From: Candidatus Omnitrophota bacterium
GTDB lineage: Bacteria; Omnitrophota; Gorgyraeia; Duberdicusellales; Duberdicusellaceae
Direction of reading: 5' to 3'
NCBI GenBank assembly: GCA_016932855.1
Contig: JAFGCB010000025.1
Location: 118,987 to 182,986 of the forward strand
Length of the DNA: 64,000 bases
The first letter of the stretch is position 1. The number at the start of each line of letters is the position of its first letter. The position numbers and the translations under genes are program-made. This document shows, piece by piece, positions 48,376-58,100 of this stretch. The notes below the pieces were generated by a model. That model saw only the letters and a program-made list of their open reading frames with translations, searched no databases and had not been told where the DNA came from.

Positions 48376-48624
48376 ATGTTGGAAAATATCCCTTATGGCG
48401 AATATCTCGCCGGTTACATCGGAAATATAGTTTTGGTTTCATATTCAATGGCTGCGATGTTCAGTATCTTAGTTTTGGTTGTTTTGGAGATGACCGGGGA
48501 TAAGCTGAACCGCTTGGTGAAACGCATTTTTAGCGTAATCGCCTGGTTTAGCTTAATTTTTATTTTGTCCTACTGGGTCGGGAGTATTATACATACTTTA
48601 ATTGCCGCAGGCGGAAAAAGCTGA
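48376..48624 (+). CDS. Small two-TM hypothetical protein
   Basis: GGAGG RBS before ATG at 48376; two hydrophobic segments. Confidence 0.6.
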   Translation: MLENIPYGEYLAGYIGNIVLVSYSMAAMFSILVLVVLEMTGDKLNRLVKRIFSVIAWFSLIFILSYWVGSIIHTLIAAGGKS

Positions 48625-48688
48625 ATGGCCGTCGTTGTATTGTTAATAAACTTTCTTTGATAGTCTAGGGTTTATTCTTTATCACAAA

Positions 48689-49012
48689 ATGTTTAAATTT
48701 AAAAAAACGGTCCGATTTTACCCTTTTATTTTTATTTTGGCCGCCAGCTTTGCCTTTGCTGAAAACGACAAAAAAGAGGATGTGCCTCCAGGAATGGAAG
48801 TAATTGAGGTGGGACAAACCAAAGTTGTTGTGCCTAAAGATTCGCAAATCCGTAAAGAAGGCGGATTGATAATACTTGAAAGCCCCAATCAATACGTGGC
48901 CAGGCGGCTCGTAGATTTTGACCAGCGTCTTTCGCTTCTAGAAAAACAAACACTAGAGCTTAAAAACCAGATTGGCCAGTTAGAAAAAGCTCTGGAAGAC
49001 GTAAAAGAATAA
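48689..49012 (+). CDS. Exported hypothetical protein with C-terminal coiled coil
   Basis: Signal peptide ending AFA; heptad-like Leu periodicity. Confidence 0.65.
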   Translation: MFKFKKTVRFYPFIFILAASFAFAENDKKEDVPPGMEVIEVGQTKVVVPKDSQIRKEGGLIILESPNQYVARRLVDFDQRLSLLEKQTLELKNQIGQLEKALEDVKE

Positions 49013-49045
49013 CCGCTAAAGAAACAAACTAAATAAGGAGTTGTA

Positions 49046-49519
49046 ATGTCTGAGGATTTAAACAAGGAGAACATCGCTGCTGATTCTAGCAAGGATATTT
49101 TGAAGCGCCTTCTTGAAAATATCCAAAAATTTGTGACCAGGGCCAGTCTCCACACGGGATATTCCACACGAACCATGTCCTTTAACGTCTTTGGCCAGCA
49201 AACCTGGTGGCATATGGGAAATATCGGAGGAATGAATGTAGCCCAAGTCGTATGCAGATGTGAAATCACCAATATAACAAACAGCTTTGACGTAAGGCCG
49301 ATAAGCGCTATTTTAAAAGCCACGAACACTTACGGGATAGTTGGCGTAAACTCTGAAAACGGCGTTGTGTCTGTGCATTGGACTCTTCAGGCCGGTTTCG
49401 AATTTTGGGTGACCAAGCCGTTTAAGAAAAAAAGTCAGAGTTTTATATCGGATATTCTGGTGTACGATCAGTTCAGCAATCGTCATATAATAAAAGGAGT
49501 TAAATTTGAATACCGTTAA
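49046..49519 (+). CDS. Hypothetical protein
   Basis: AAGGAG RBS; 157-aa ORF; no recognised motif. Confidence 0.6.
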   Translation: MSEDLNKENIAADSSKDILKRLLENIQKFVTRASLHTGYSTRTMSFNVFGQQTWWHMGNIGGMNVAQVVCRCEITNITNSFDVRPISAILKATNTYGIVGVNSENGVVSVHWTLQAGFEFWVTKPFKKKSQSFISDILVYDQFSNRHIIKGVKFEYR

Positions 49520-49619
49520 AATTCGCCTTTTATTGATACCGAAATTATACTTTAACGGTAAAATTCTTTCGTTTAAAAATTGAGTTTTTTGTGTTATTAT
49601 TACATCAACAAGCTAAGCT

Positions 49620-50006
49620 ATGCTATTCTGGAAAAAAAAGAAAAAAATATTGATAATCGAGGATAACGAAGATTTAGTTATCTTTTTGAAAAAAATCCTC
49701 GAATCCGAGGGCTATACGGTTTTTTCGGTTACTCGCGGAGAAGGGGCTATAGATCTTGCCATAGCTAACAAGCCCGACGTAATACTTTTAGACATACTTT
49801 TGCCTGATATTCCCGGAGCAGAGGTAGAGCGTTTATTAAAAGAGGCTCCTCCTACCCGCAACATCCCGATAGTATATATGACTGCCTTGGTAAGCAGAGA
49901 AGATGAAGAAAACTCCAAACGGCCTGAGAGTACCCGCCTTTTATTAGCTAAACCCGTTACTAAAGATAGGCTTCTTCAGGCAATACGCAGCGCCGTCGCA
50001 AAATAA
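49620..50006 (+). CDS. Single-domain response regulator
   Basis: ILIIEDN, PDVILLDILLP, MTA, KP. Confidence 0.9.
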   Translation: MLFWKKKKKILIIEDNEDLVIFLKKILESEGYTVFSVTRGEGAIDLAIANKPDVILLDILLPDIPGAEVERLLKEAPPTRNIPIVYMTALVSREDEENSKRPESTRLLLAKPVTKDRLLQAIRSAVAK

Positions 50007-50063
50007 ACTAATTACGGACATTCCTTCCGATAAAATATTAATTGACTGAAAACTGGGTTAAAA

Positions 50064-50432
50064 TTAGGAAATTGCGGAGTTTATCACGGTGACCAATTCA
50101 CTCAGCCTAACTGGTTTAGTGAGTATTTTGTGGTCGTGGGGGTTAAGTCCTGCTTTTTCTATTTCGTCGTAGGATATTAAGGCTGTCACAAAAATAAAGG
50201 GTATGTTTTGCGTTTCTTTATTTTTTTTAAGTTCAATCGCAAGCTGAGATCCGTTTATTTCCGGCATCAATATGTCGAGAAGAATCAAGTCCGGTTGAAA
50301 CCGGGTAATTTCTTTGAAGCTTTCTTTAGCGTTGGAACATACCGCTACTGAAAACTTCCCGACTTTTTCCAATCCTTTCTTTACAAAAAAACAGAAATCT
50401 TTTTCGTCGTCAATAATAAGAACTTTTTTCAT
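50064..50432 (-). CDS. Single-domain response regulator
   Basis: VLIIDDE, PDLILLDILMP, VTA, KP. Confidence 0.92.
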   Translation of the reverse strand: MKKVLIIDDEKDFCFFVKKGLEKVGKFSVAVCSNAKESFKEITRFQPDLILLDILMPEINGSQLAIELKKNKETQNIPFIFVTALISYDEIEKAGLNPHDHKILTKPVRLSELVTVINSAIS

Positions 50433-51589
50433 TCTTTGTTTTTTCGGGTTAAAGGCAGGATTATTCTGACTTCCGTACCTTTGCTGATTTTGCTTTCGAT
50501 AAGCAGGTTACCGTTGTGGTTATCGAGGATAGTCTTTGCGATTGATAATCCTAAACCTGTGCCTTTCTTGTCTCGCTTGGTCGTAAAAAAAGGTTCAAAA
50601 AGCTTTGGCAGCATATCTTGGGAAATGCCTTGTCCTGTATCTTTAATTTTTATAAAGCAGGATGATTGGCCGGTATTTTGGTCATTAATCCAAGTGCCGG
50701 TAGTGATTGTGATCGTACCGCCTTGAGGCATCGATTCAACGGCATTCATCAAAATATTAAATAAAACCTGCTGTATTTGATTTTTATCAGCGTTAATGCC
50801 GATATCTTGATCAAACTCCGTTTTTATTTCAATATTTTTTAAGGGACAACGGTATTTCATAAGAGCGAGAGTTTCATTTATTATATCTTCCGGTTTAAGC
50901 AGAGTGAATTCGGCCTCCGAGGGTTTAGCGAATTTTAAAAGGCCTTGTATAATCGAATCCGCTCTTAGGGTAGCTTCTTTTATTTTCGTCATCGCCATTT
51001 TGGTGTCTCCGCTGGCGTTAGAAAGGGTCAATTCCAAGAACTCTATTCCGCCGAGGATTACCGCCAGGGGGTTTTTTACTTCATGAGCTATTCCCGAAGA
51101 AAAAGTTCCCAGTGCCGCAAGTTTCTCCGATTGAATTAATTCTTTTTGGGTTTCTTTTAGTTTACTATACGCCTCGCTTACTTCTGTTTCGAGGCGTTCC
51201 TTGTCTTTTTTCATCCTGTATTTGTCAAGGGATTTCTCAATAACCGCTTGTAAAGTTTCTCCGTAAGCGACATCCTTAACCACGTAATCGTACGCACCTT
51301 CCTTCATAAAGTCGACCGCTACCTTTTCGCTGCCTGACGCCGTAACTACAATAAACGGAATATCTATTTCTGCCTTTCGTAATTCGCGCAGCACATCCAG
51401 GCCGGTTAAATCCGGCATACGATAATCACAGAGGATTACATGCGGCCTTTCTTCGATCGCCTTCTTCAACCCTTCGCGAGAATCAGATACAAAATCAGCC
51501 TGATAATTGTTATCGACTTGCTCTAGAATCGTTTTTGTAAGAAAAGCGTGGTCTTTCTCGTCGTCGATTATTAATATCTTTACTGGCAT
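50429..51589 (-). CDS. Hybrid receiver-histidine kinase (cytoplasmic)
   Basis: REC (DDE, CDYRMP); HEVKNPL H-box; NILMNA, DTGQG, FFTTK, GTGLGL. Confidence 0.93.
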   Translation of the reverse strand: MPVKILIIDDEKDHAFLTKTILEQVDNNYQADFVSDSREGLKKAIEERPHVILCDYRMPDLTGLDVLRELRKAEIDIPFIVVTASGSEKVAVDFMKEGAYDYVVKDVAYGETLQAVIEKSLDKYRMKKDKERLETEVSEAYSKLKETQKELIQSEKLAALGTFSSGIAHEVKNPLAVILGGIEFLELTLSNASGDTKMAMTKIKEATLRADSIIQGLLKFAKPSEAEFTLLKPEDIINETLALMKYRCPLKNIEIKTEFDQDIGINADKNQIQQVLFNILMNAVESMPQGGTITITTGTWINDQNTGQSSCFIKIKDTGQGISQDMLPKLFEPFFTTKRDKKGTGLGLSIAKTILDNHNGNLLIESKISKGTEVRIILPLTRKNKE

Positions 51590-51843
51590 ATAAAATTCTC
51601 CTTTACTTTAAACGCTGTACGCATATTATACATTTCCGGCCGCAAATTAACAATAATTAGTTTCTTTAAAAAAAGGGGGCTTTTATTTATTCCGCCGGCG
51701 AGAATAGAAAGAAAATAGAAGCGCCTTTTCTTCGGCTGCGAACCATGCATTTTTATGGCTCCGTTTGCCAGGTTTTAGCGATAATTTTATTGAAAAATGT
51801 TACTGAAGTGATAGAATGCAAATAGAGATATAGACAATAAGGT

Positions 51844-52185
51844 TTGATTATGAGTATAGTAGTCATTCGCAATACACTGCGAAAATTGTTTTCCCAACAT
51901 TTAGAAAGCCTTAAGGATTTTCAGTTTTCTTTTCGCAACCATCTATTCTGGATTTTTGTTCTTGTTTTATTCGTTATTCTGACACGTTTTTGGAAAGCCA
52001 AAAAAGCCTTTTCTTTTTGTTTCGTAACAGTTGCCCTTCTTTTGCTTACCACTAAAGCCGAAGAACTCCTGGGTGCCTGGCTTACTAATTCCGGTGAAAC
52101 TTTTGATCCTTTGCTCATTAGAGCAGTATCTGCTTTTTTGATTTTCATCATATTTTTTTATTATTCAATAATACGAGAAGAATAA
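51844..52185 (+). CDS. Hypothetical membrane protein
   Basis: Three hydrophobic segments; start uncertain. Confidence 0.6.
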   Translation: MIMSIVVIRNTLRKLFSQHLESLKDFQFSFRNHLFWIFVLVLFVILTRFWKAKKAFSFCFVTVALLLLTTKAEELLGAWLTNSGETFDPLLIRAVSAFLIFIIFFYYSIIREE

Positions 52186-52221
52186 AAACCTTTGTTTTAT
52201 CAGATTCGTTGAGGAGAAGAA

Positions 52222-52602
52222 ATGGGCGATCTTTTCGATAATACAGAAAATTTATTTGTTAAATTAGCTAAATTTGAAGAGGTTTATCATCAGCTTAAAG
52301 ATGCAATTATCGAATGGACCGAGAAAGGTCAAGGCGTATATCATTGGACAGACGCCGATTCTAAGCAGTACGAACATAAGGCAAGCATGAAGCAAAACGG
52401 AGCCCTCATAAGATGCAGTAATCCTCGGTGCCGCCAGGGCGGATTCAATCTGGAACAGGAGCTTTCCTCGTTAGCCGTGGGCAAACAGAAAAAAATTAAG
52501 AATTTTAAAAAATGCATGGGTTTCGAGCAGGCAACGCCCGGTCAAAACCGGATAAACTGTCTGAACGGCATAGATTATAAGATAACCCTTGTTTACAAAT
52601 AA
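52222..52602 (+). CDS. Hypothetical protein with four Cys
   Basis: GAGGAG RBS; CSNPRC...C...C. Confidence 0.65.
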   Translation: MGDLFDNTENLFVKLAKFEEVYHQLKDAIIEWTEKGQGVYHWTDADSKQYEHKASMKQNGALIRCSNPRCRQGGFNLEQELSSLAVGKQKKIKNFKKCMGFEQATPGQNRINCLNGIDYKITLVYK

Positions 52603-52629
52603 AAGTTTCATTACCTTGATAGTTTTTCA

Positions 52630-52968
52630 ATGCAGGAAAGACGAAGATTCGTAAGAATACCTGAACGGCTGGCTATAGCCTATAAAATTCTGCCCAGCGA
52701 CAAACCAGCCGGGTTTCTTACCAAAAACATAAGCCAGGCAGGATTAAGGTTTTTCGTTCATGATTTCGTTAAACCCGCTAGCCTTTTGGAAGTAAGGGTT
52801 AGTTTTGAAAAAGTACGCTTTTCTTTGGAAGCGATTGCTCGGGTTGTCTGGGTTGAAAAAGAGGCTCATAGCGAGCGCTATGAAGTCGGCGTGGAATTTG
52901 CAACAATATCGAAAAAAGCTGCGTCTCAGCTTATTTCCTACATTGAAACAATCCTGAAAACCAAGTAG
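52630..52968 (+). CDS. PilZ-domain protein
   Basis: RRFVR and NISQAG; ARVVW, GVEF. Confidence 0.9.
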   Translation: MQERRRFVRIPERLAIAYKILPSDKPAGFLTKNISQAGLRFFVHDFVKPASLLEVRVSFEKVRFSLEAIARVVWVEKEAHSERYEVGVEFATISKKAASQLISYIETILKTK

Positions 52969-53036
52969 TCCTTACCCGCCTTACTCTGTCATTTTTTTAA
53001 AGCGGTTTTAGCTGGTATTTCAGGCAATATAGACCT

Positions 53037-54224
53037 ATGGAGCAAACAAAAAGAATTCTTCTTATTTGCAGGGATAAAAATCTTAACGAAATTATCTATT
53101 TTTGCCTTGAAGGCTGGGGATATGAGGTGTGCATACTGGCCGATGAAGTCATATTCCTTGAGCAAATTAAAAAAACAGAACCGGATTTGTTGATTGTTGA
53201 CTTTCCGCATCCTTATAAGGAACGCCTGAATTTTTGTCAGCAAATAAAGAACGATTTCATCACTAAATCGATTCCGGTTGTCGTATTAATTGACAGGCGT
53301 CAGCTGCGCAAACATCTTCTTTCTCTGGAGCATGGGATAGACGACTATCTTTTAAAGCCGCCTGACCCCCTCGATCTAAGGGTTAGAGTCGAGATGGCCA
53401 TGCGACGCACTCAGTATAGTTTTTACACTAACTCTTTGACTAATCTTCCCGGGGGAAGGATAATCGAAGAGATTCTTAAAGAAAAAATTTCGAAAAAAGA
53501 GAAATTTTCTTCAGCCCATATTGATATCGATAATTTTAAGTATTTTAATGACCGGTACGGTTACCTGAAAGGGGATCGAGCAATAACACAAACTGCATAT
53601 ATTTTGCATCAGACAGTGCAACGCTTCGGCACGAACAAAGATTTCATCGGCCATATCGGAGGAGACGATTTTGTTTTCATAACGTCGCTTGATGAAGAAG
53701 AGGCTGTGGCTTCGGAATTTATCCGGCAGTTTGATCGCCTTATCCCTTTGCATTATTCAAAAGAGGATCGCGTACGCGGTTATATTAATATCGAGGATAG
53801 ATTAGGGGCTGAGCGTAAAATACCCCTTATGAGTGTTTCAGTCGCAATCGTAAATAATAGAGGTGCGGACTTTAGCAATACTGTTCAGATAAACGAAGCT
53901 TTGGCCAGTCTTAAATCCTATCTTAAAAAAATGCCCGGAAGTAATTTTATGGTCGACAGAAGATTGGCGGATAAGGGAATAAATAAAAGGTCCGAAGCCC
54001 AGACATTTTTGAAAGCTTGCCGGCGGAAGGTTTGTCGAGGAAAGAACACCAAGCCCTTGGGGCAAATCCTGCTTGATAAAGGGATACTGAACAGCGATAC
54101 TCTTGAAAAAAACCTGGATATACATTTTCGACGAGGTCTTCCTTTAGGCGAAGTCCTAAAAGACAGCGGCGTAATCGATGGCCGCGAGCTTGCAGCTGTT
54201 TTATCCTGGCAGCAGCGATCTTAA
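53037..54224 (+). CDS. REC-GGDEF diguanylate cyclase with C-terminal MshEN-like domain
   Basis: Atypical REC; DIDNFK..ND.YG...GD, GHIGGDDF; tandem PLG..L...G.....L...L motifs. Confidence 0.85.
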   Translation: MEQTKRILLICRDKNLNEIIYFCLEGWGYEVCILADEVIFLEQIKKTEPDLLIVDFPHPYKERLNFCQQIKNDFITKSIPVVVLIDRRQLRKHLLSLEHGIDDYLLKPPDPLDLRVRVEMAMRRTQYSFYTNSLTNLPGGRIIEEILKEKISKKEKFSSAHIDIDNFKYFNDRYGYLKGDRAITQTAYILHQTVQRFGTNKDFIGHIGGDDFVFITSLDEEEAVASEFIRQFDRLIPLHYSKEDRVRGYINIEDRLGAERKIPLMSVSVAIVNNRGADFSNTVQINEALASLKSYLKKMPGSNFMVDRRLADKGINKRSEAQTFLKACRRKVCRGKNTKPLGQILLDKGILNSDTLEKNLDIHFRRGLPLGEVLKDSGVIDGRELAAVLSWQQRS

Positions 54225-54237
54225 CCTTTTAAAGATA

Positions 54238-54594
54238 GTGAATTTGTATAAAAATAGGTTAATTTTTGCATTAATTGTATTATCTGGCATTATTTGTCTA
54301 AGTTCTTGTAGTAGAACGCGGGGTTACTCTTCTACCCAAAGCGCCCTTACTGAAATTGGTTCGGCTGTAAGCCCCGGTAAATCAAAAACTTCAAAGAGTG
54401 CAGTTATTATCGAAAATATTTTAATTGATCGAAAAGACACTAAAGAAAGCGTGGAAAAGAAAATAGGCAAGCCTTCCTATATCGGCACTACTATCGAAGG
54501 TTTTCAATTCTATCGTTACGAGGATAAACACATAGAAATTTACTTTAGCGGCAATCGAGTGGTAGGTTGGAATGACCTTTATTTTCGACCGTGA
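54238..54594 (+). CDS. Lipoprotein (BamE/SmpA-like fold possible)
   Basis: GTG at 54238 (ORF track extends to 54178); lipobox LSSC; TKE.V...IGKP...Y.Y....IYF...V. Confidence 0.6.
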   Translation: MNLYKNRLIFALIVLSGIICLSSCSRTRGYSSTQSALTEIGSAVSPGKSKTSKSAVIIENILIDRKDTKESVEKKIGKPSYIGTTIEGFQFYRYEDKHIEIYFSGNRVVGWNDLYFRP

Positions 54595-54603
54595 GGGCAA
54601 AAA

Positions 54604-55884
54604 TTATTGCCCGGCCGAAAGTTTTTTGTTTAGTTGACGTGTATAATCTTTTATCCAGTAGAATTCCTTTAAAGCCTGCGGCCGGCTTGAAAAAAATATG
54701 GAATTGTTATGCAGCAGGGGATCGGCAAACATATTTTCATAATCCTTAAAAATCTTTGTTTTAGGCGTTATGGCGAATTCCGCAAGAGACACCCTGGCTC
54801 CCTGAGAATTAAGGAAATCTATCTCTTTCTTAAGTTCTTCCAAATCTTGATCAGGATAGCCTAAAAGTAAATAGAGGCTGAACTCACCGTTTTTAAACCC
54901 CGCTTTTTTTAATGTTTTCACGCCTTTTTCCACCTCGCTTAAATTTACTTTATCGCCCCATTTTTTTTGCAAGCTTGGATTCAATGTTTCCAGTCCGAAA
55001 TGTGGGTTGGTAAACCCCGTTCTTTTTAGCAGGCTGGCGGTTTCCTCATCCAGAAATCGCAAATGCAGGGCATTGGGGGTGTGAAATCTGACATTAATTT
55101 TTGCTTCTAGAATTTTTCGCAACAGGCTTTTTATGTATTTGTTTTCGTAAAGAAGGGCATCATCATAAAATACGAAATCGCCTATTCCTTTCCTGCAGTA
55201 TTTTAAAATAAACTTTATAACCTTTTCTTGGGAGATTCGGAAAAAACCATCGGATAATTCGTTTATCGCGCAATAGCTGCAGCTAAACGGGCATCCCCAG
55301 CTGGTCCGCAAAACCACGTAATCAAGCTTGTGATAAAAGTCTTCATATCGTGGTAAAGTGGAAAATAATTCTTTCGGCTCATAACCGATGTTAAAAAGTT
55401 CAAAAAAGCCGTTCAGCTTTCTGTTTTCGAACAAATAATCACACCCAATTATTGACTCTGCGTGGCTGTGACAAAGCGTGGCGTATGTGCCCCCTAATAT
55501 TATCGGGGTACCGGGATGATGCGTTTTAAGAATTTTAATGACTTCACTTATTGCCGGATACCAATAAGTCATAGAGGAGGTTATGAGTATAAAATCCGGC
55601 TTGGTCTTTTTTATTTCCGATTCGACCTCGGCTATAGTTTTTCCGTAACGCTTAAAATAGCGCGGCACCGATTCAAGAAGCTTCGGCTTAGCGATCCGCT
55701 CCGAATAGTATTTGCCTCTGCCGAACGGATCTTTAGAAATTTTTTTATCCAAGCAATCAATAAAATCGATTCTGTTTTGTTTGGTTTTTAAATAAGATAG
55801 GATCGAGAGAAATCCATACGGTTTAAGCCAAAAATCATAAGCCGCAAAATCATATATCCAGGGATTTATCGCTAAAATCCGCAT
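54604..55884 (-). CDS. B12-binding radical SAM protein
   Basis: N-terminal cobalamin-binding-like region (TSSMTYWY, ILGG.YAT); GCPFSCSYC; YDDALL. Confidence 0.88.
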   Translation of the reverse strand: MRILAINPWIYDFAAYDFWLKPYGFLSILSYLKTKQNRIDFIDCLDKKISKDPFGRGKYYSERIAKPKLLESVPRYFKRYGKTIAEVESEIKKTKPDFILITSSMTYWYPAISEVIKILKTHHPGTPIILGGTYATLCHSHAESIIGCDYLFENRKLNGFFELFNIGYEPKELFSTLPRYEDFYHKLDYVVLRTSWGCPFSCSYCAINELSDGFFRISQEKVIKFILKYCRKGIGDFVFYDDALLYENKYIKSLLRKILEAKINVRFHTPNALHLRFLDEETASLLKRTGFTNPHFGLETLNPSLQKKWGDKVNLSEVEKGVKTLKKAGFKNGEFSLYLLLGYPDQDLEELKKEIDFLNSQGARVSLAEFAITPKTKIFKDYENMFADPLLHNNSIFFSSRPQALKEFYWIKDYTRQLNKKLSAGQ

Positions 55885-55906
55885 ATAACTCGACTTTTTG
55901 AATAAA

Positions 55907-55934
55907 TTGCAAATTGTTTTGCCTATGCTATAAT
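55907..55934 (+). promoter_or_regulatory. Sigma70-type promoter of gcvH operon
   Basis: TTGCAA-N16-TATAAT, with TG upstream of the -10. Confidence 0.55.
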
Positions 55935-56020
55935 TTTTAAGAGTTTGGTTGACCTTTTAAAGGTTTCCTAAGGCGTCAAGAAAAACCGCGTCTAAAATAA
56001 AAGAACGGAGGTTTAAACAC

Positions 56021-56401
56021 ATGGGTGTGCCACGAGGATTATTGTATACTAAAGATCATGAATGGGCAAGAATCGAACAAAACAATGCTATGGTCGGGAT
56101 AACCTACTATGCGCAGTCTCATTTAGGAGATGTTACGTTTGTTGGTTTACCCCAGCTTGGCAAATCCTTTTCCCAATTCGAAACAATCGCTACCATTGAG
56201 TCAACTAAAGCGGCCGTGGAAATACACAGTCCTTTGTCGGGCAAGGTTATAAAAATAAACGAAAGCCTTACATCAAATCCTGAATTGATAAACCGGTCGC
56301 CTTACGATCAGGGTTGGCTTGCGGTCTTAGAGATCAATAGGGACAGCGAAGAAAAAAATCTTTTAACAGCCGGCCAATACGACATTTTTTTGGAAACCTG
56401 A
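56021..56401 (+). CDS. gcvH: Glycine cleavage H protein / lipoyl carrier
   Basis: YTKDHEW, GITYYAQ.HLGDV, IESTKA (lipoyl Lys), NP.LIN.SPY..GW. Confidence 0.93.
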   Translation: MGVPRGLLYTKDHEWARIEQNNAMVGITYYAQSHLGDVTFVGLPQLGKSFSQFETIATIESTKAAVEIHSPLSGKVIKINESLTSNPELINRSPYDQGWLAVLEINRDSEEKNLLTAGQYDIFLET

Positions 56402-56427
56402 GCTGAGGCGCAGCGCAATTAAAAAAT

Positions 56428-57243
56428 ATGGCAATTTGGAGATTGATAAATTCCGGCCCGGCGAGCCCCTATGAAAATATGGCTTATGACGAGTCTTTAT
56501 TTTATAATTACGAGAGACATCAAAAGCCGACTCTCAGGATTTATTCATGGTGCTATCCGAGCTTTTCTCTGGGTTTTTCACAGAAGGCCGCTGATTCGCT
56601 CTATTTAGATCGGTTCAGGGATAAAAAAGTTTCTTTTGTCAGAAGAATAACTGCTGGTGGAATACTCTTGCACGATCACGACATTACGTACAGCGTCATC
56701 TGTTCCCAGAAAGATTTAGGCTCTTGTTTCGGTGTTAAGGAAAGCTTTAAGCATATCTGCGGCTTTCTGATTAATTTCTATGAGAAACTCGGACTTAAGG
56801 CTTATTTTTGTGGCGATGTCAACAAAAAAACCTCTGGTTTAAGCTCTGTATTTTGTCTCGATTCTTTTCAAGATTATGATATTTTAATCGGTTCTAAAAA
56901 AATCGGCGGTAACGCTCAACGTCGAAAAAAAGATTTAATTCTGCAGCACGGTTCGATTCCTTTCCGGCTTGATTTTACAAAAATTCGAGAGTTTATAAAG
57001 GGGGATTTGCCGGCCTTGGAAGCAAAAACAGCTTCTTTAAATGAGTTAATTTGCAATCAAGGCGGGCTGGATGCGCTTCTTGGTTTGTTCACGGAATCTT
57101 TTCAGGAAACTCTTTCCTGCAGGCTCGCGGAAAGCGAACCCACCGACAGCGAAACCCAATTTGCTCATTTTCTGGAAAAAGAAAAATACAGCAGTTTTTC
57201 TTGGAATGTATGCGGAATAACCCCCGCTTTAAGTTTGGTTTAA
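56428..57243 (+). CDS. Lipoate-protein ligase family, catalytic domain only (LipM/LplA-like)
   Basis: NMAYDE, VRRITAGG..LH, KKIGGNAQRR, LQHGSI. Confidence 0.85.
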   Translation: MAIWRLINSGPASPYENMAYDESLFYNYERHQKPTLRIYSWCYPSFSLGFSQKAADSLYLDRFRDKKVSFVRRITAGGILLHDHDITYSVICSQKDLGSCFGVKESFKHICGFLINFYEKLGLKAYFCGDVNKKTSGLSSVFCLDSFQDYDILIGSKKIGGNAQRRKKDLILQHGSIPFRLDFTKIREFIKGDLPALEAKTASLNELICNQGGLDALLGLFTESFQETLSCRLAESEPTDSETQFAHFLEKEKYSSFSWNVCGITPALSLV

Positions 57244-58100
57244 TGAGAAAACCCGGCTGGCTTAACAAAAAAATAGATTTTTCCCGCCTGAGATTCGTTG
57301 AGAAAACGTTAAAGGATTTAAATCTTTATACCGTCTGCCAGGAAGCAAGATGTCCGAATATTTCCGAATGTTTTCATAAAAATATAGCTACATTTTTAAT
57401 TTTGGGTAATATCTGCACCAGAGATTGCAGCTTTTGCGGGGTACGAAAAGGCCGCCCCCTATCCCCGGATATTGATGAGCCTGAAAGGGTCGCCAGGGCG
57501 GTAAGGCGGTTGAATCTGCGTTTTGTGGTTATTACAAGCGTTTGTCGCGATGACCTGCAAGACCAAGGGGTGTCGTTTTTTATTGACACTATAAAAAAAA
57601 TCCGTAAATTAAATTCCGGCGTCGATATTGAAACCCTTATTCCTGACTTTTCCGGCGATACAAATCTGATAAGAGCCTTGACTAAAAGTAAACCGAAAAT
57701 AATAAACCATAACCTTGAAACTATAAAAAGGCTTTACCCCTTGCTTAGGAAAAAATCAAATTATCATCGATCACTTGATGTTTTGCATTTTATAAAGACG
57801 GCTTCTCCTGAAGTATATACCAAATCCGGTATAATGCTGGGCTTCGGTGAGAGGGAAGATGAAGTAGTGCGGCTTTTGCAGGATTTGAGAAAAGTTAAGT
57901 GTGATTTTCTAAGCATGGGACAGTATCTTGCACCGACTAAAGGACATTTTCCGGTAAAAAAGTACATAGAAAAGGAACAATTCGAAAAATATCAAAAAAT
58001 TGCATTAAAGTTAGGCTTTCGGCACGTAATAAGTTTTCCGTATGCCCGTAGTTCTTTCGCCGCCTCAAGTTACACAACCAGCAAATCGATTATAGATTAA
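57243..58100 (+). CDS. lipA: Lipoyl synthase
   Basis: MRKPGWL, CQEARCPNISEC, CTRDCSFC, HNLET, RSSF; start at ATG 57243. Confidence 0.95.
   Translation: MRKPGWLNKKIDFSRLRFVEKTLKDLNLYTVCQEARCPNISECFHKNIATFLILGNICTRDCSFCGVRKGRPLSPDIDEPERVARAVRRLNLRFVVITSVCRDDLQDQGVSFFIDTIKKIRKLNSGVDIETLIPDFSGDTNLIRALTKSKPKIINHNLETIKRLYPLLRKKSNYHRSLDVLHFIKTASPEVYTKSGIMLGFGEREDEVVRLLQDLRKVKCDFLSMGQYLAPTKGHFPVKKYIEKEQFEKYQKIALKLGFRHVISFPYARSSFAASSYTTSKSIID

Noticed and set aside
57051-57242. Apparent N-terminal extension of LipA
   Set aside because: Overlaps the ligase gene; LipA similarity begins at ATG 57243 (MRKPGWL)
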